Of a stretch of 64,000 nucleotides of DNA, positions 60,636 to 64,000 are shown one piece after another (position 1 is the stretch's first letter; each line of letters begins with the position of its first letter). The notes beneath the pieces are model-generated. The model was not told the origin of the DNA. It made no database searches and saw nothing but the letters and a program-made list of their open reading frames with translations. Origin of the DNA: Leucoraja ocellata (taxonomy: Eukaryota). The stretch lies in assembly GCA_036785375.1 (NCBI GenBank), contig JAWMAR010000085.1, forward strand, positions 7,626,001-7,690,000. The letters are read 5' to 3'. The position numbers and the translations under genes are program-made.

Positions 60636-63090
60636 AGCTGGTTCTGTCTATGTTATTGACTGTATCTGTTGTCAAACTACAATGAAATAGATATGGAGTT
60701 GGGGCTTTATAATGAATCTCAGACATGATACATAATTCAAGCAGTCGGTGGCAATGGTATTGTGCATGGTTGGAGTCTGTAAGATGTGTTTGATGTTGTG
60801 TCAGTATTACCACAAAGCCATCTCTAATGTGAAAAGCATGTGAAGATTAAAAACAAAATCCTGTTTCATTTTCCTGACTGCAAAGAGTGATGGACAGATG
60901 TACATGAGTACTCCACAGCTTTGTTCTTGAGCAGTCGATATTTGTACACTCACAGCTACATGTTTACAGTGGGACAAATAATGTAAGACTCTTCCAGATG
61001 GGATGGTTTGCCGTTTCCATTCTACAGTACAAGCTTCATGTTTTGAGATAATTCTCTCCAGCTTAGCCCTTGGTGCCTTTAAATTTCAGTCCAAGATGAT
61101 ATAGTCATAGAGCTCTACAGTACAGGAACAGGCCCTTCGGCCCATAATGTCCATGCCCAGCATGATGCCAAGTTCAATTTTTTTATATAGAGATCCAGTG
61201 CTGAAACAGACCCCTCGGCCCCACTGGAACCTTGGTGACCAGCGATCCCCGCACACTGACATTATCCCACACACACTTTGGACAATTTACAATTTTACCG
61301 AAGCAAATGAATCTACAAACCTGCATGTCTTTGGATTGTGGGAGGAAACCAGGGCACCCGGAGAAAACTCACATGGTCATGGGGAGAACATAAAACTCCA
61401 TACAGACAGCAGCTGTAGTCAGGATCGAACCCGGGTCTCTTGCTCAGTAAGGTAGCACCTCTACCGCTGTGTTGCATCTCTGAAATCTAAAGTAAAGTCT
61501 AAAGATTACATGTCCTACATTACTCTTTTTCTACATAAACTCTTTGTATCTCTATCTCTGTCTAATTGTCTTTTAAAAGTTGCCATTATGTCCACTTCTA
61601 TAGCTTCCTCTGGCAGCTCATTCCAGATACAGACTACCCTCTGAATGAAAAGTTGCCCCTTTGGTCCCACCTAAATATTTTTCCATTTTGTTGAATTGGA
61701 ACAAAATCAAACCATAAACCAAAATTCTTGTTTCCAAGCTGTAACTCTAAACGTTCACCTTAAGCCTCTACCCTCTAGTTTTAGAGTCTTCTACCATGGG
61801 GGAGGGGGGGGGAGGCATTCACTTTATTCATGCCCCTCATGATCTTGTACACTTCACTCCTCAGCCTCCTATGCTCTAAAGTAAAATATCCCAGCCTGTC
61901 TAACCTTTCTCTATAATTCAAGCTCACAATCCAGATTTGGTTTAATTTAGTTTAGATACAACATGGAAACAGGCCCTTCGACCCACCAGGTCTATGGCAA
62001 TCATCGGTCACCCGTTCACACTAACTAGCTCTACATTATCCCATCATTTTCTCATCAATCCCTACACATTAGGGGCAATTTACAGGGGTCAATTAAACTA
62101 TACATTGCACATGAACCTGGTGGTCATGGTTTTCAGGCTTTCTGCACCCTTTTCCCAATGATGGGAGAGAAAAGAGAGCACGGCCAGGGTGGTCAAGGTC
62201 TTTGATGATGCCTTCTGTTGACCCCTTTGATGATGGACCCCATGATAGGACAGTTCACCACTCTCCATAATCATTCCTGGGTGTTCAAGTTGCCGAACCA
62301 GGCCGTGATGCAGTCTGTGTAGGAAGGATGCTGGTTTACACCGAAGATAGACAAAAAGCTGGAGTAACTCAGCCGGTTAGACAGCATCTCTGGAGAAAAG
62401 AAATGGGTGACGTTTTGAATCAAGACCGTTCTTCTGAATGAGACCCGGGGGAGAGGGAATCCAGAGATATGAAAAGGTACATAGAACAAATTAATGAAAG
62501 ATAATACAAAAAGACAGATCAAAGCCAGCAATGATTATCAATGAAAGGTGGAGCCCTCAATGGTCTATTGTTGGCTATGGGGAAGGTGACAATGAGTAAT
62601 ACAAACAGTGTAAATGGAGTCTATTGTAAATCCTCCTCCCAATCTGTTTCTGACCAATATTTATGAGCCAACCTACTGACTGGGTCTCCTCGCACAAGGT
62701 GTAGATGCAGATTGCCTTCAGTCGGCATGCAGCATTTATGCGTGTGGCACTCCAGGCTTATCCAAATCCACCCACAAATTCATTCTCAATTCAGAATTTT
62801 AGCTTTCCACTAATACCTAGGGCTTCAATTGTACAGAGAAGCCTCTTATTTAATACCTCAGCAAAAGCCTTCTGAAAGCTGCATTTGTATATGTGATAAC
62901 TGCACAAAATTCGAAAGTCGGTTGCTATATTTATGTTAGTGCCGTATTCATAAATGGAATTTCCATTTCTGCATTTTTCTACTATTGTTAGTTTATATGC
63001 CCGCTATGCTTGTCATTTATTTGATAATCTTTCACACTGTATGTAGCAATCAATATGATATTGCCATGATATAGCAACTTTCAATATAAT

Positions 63091-63398
63091 GTTTAGTTTA
63101 GAGATACAGCGCAGAAACAGGCCCTTTGGCCCACCGAGTCTGTGCCAACCAGTAATCCCCGCACATTAACACTACCCTACACACACTCGGGACAATGTAC
63201 TTATAACAAGCCAATTTACTTACAAACCTGTACGTCTTTGGTGTGTGGGAGGAAACCAAAGATCTCGGAGCAAACCCACGCGGACACGGGGAGAACGTAC
63301 ACTCCGTACAGACAGCATCCGTAGTCCGGATCGAACCCGGGACTCGTGCGCCGCAAGCGCTGTAAGGCAGCAACTCTACATCTGCGCCACCGCGCCGC
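63091..63398 (-). mobile_element. HE1-like V-SINE, CpG-rich (young) copy
   Basis: Minus strand GCGGCGCGGTGGCGCAGATGTAGAG...CCCGGGTTCGATCCGG... ending TCTCTAAACTAAAC. Confidence 0.85.
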
Positions 63399-64000
63399 AC
63401 TACTTATCATTTTTAAAGCTTCCTTTTTCTAAAGAAAACAGTGAGAATATTTCCCAATCAAGATGTTTTTAACTGATATACATCGTTGTTATCTTTAAAC
63501 TCGTCATGTCATAGAGCCATACAGTGAGGAAACAGGCCCTTCGGCCCAACCTGCCCACACTGACCAACATGTCCCATCTACACTAGTCCCACCTGCCTGC
63601 ATTTGGTCCATATACCTCTAAACCTGTCCTATCCATGTACATGTCTAAATGTTTAGTTTAGTTTAGACATACAGCGCGGAAACAGGCCCTTCGGCCCACC
63701 GGGTCCGTGCCGACCTGCCATCCACACACATTAACACCATCCTACACACACCAGGGACAATTTACCTTTATACCAAGCCAATTAACCTACAAACCTGCAC
63801 GTCTTTGGAGTGTGGGAGGAAACCGAAGATCCCACGCAGGTCATGGGGACAAAGTGCAAACTCCGTACAGACAGCACCAGTAGTCGGGTGCTTCCAACTT
63901 TCAGGTGCAATGTTTCTTAAACGTTGCGATAGTACCTGCCTCAACTATATTCTGCACTCTGTATCTTCCCCTTTGCTCTACCTATTATACTAAGTTTGAC

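Overview
Eukaryotic, repeat-dominated vertebrate DNA. The repeat repertoire (HE1/V-SINEs, CR1/HER1, Rex-Babar, Neptune-type Penelope) points to a cartilaginous fish, probably a skate or ray (inference). The window appears to lie within an EWI-family gene (IGSF3-like; CD101 is the paralog) on the + strand. It contains a clear 378-bp phase-1/phase-1 IgV exon (55268-55645) and a likely signal-peptide exon (ATG 21536, donor 21570), about 33.7 kb apart. Most of the rest is nested transposable elements: CR1, L1, Rex-Babar, Penelope, tRNA-derived SINEs, two Helitron-like elements with internal tandem repeats, and two MITEs. The most striking features are two kinds of self-cleaving-RNA motif in mobile DNA. 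(1) A 137-bp TSD-flanked SINE on the minus strand (19238-19374) begins exactly at G1 of a complete, minimal 54-nt HDV/CPEB3-like ribozyme fold. (2) Many Penelope-derived fragments carry a minimal hammerhead core (CTGAAGA-A-GGGT-CTCG-ACCC-GAAACGTC), often as fold-back pairs and eroded at their CpGs. Most short ORFs in the supplied track are repeat artefacts. Repeat boundaries were estimated by eye.
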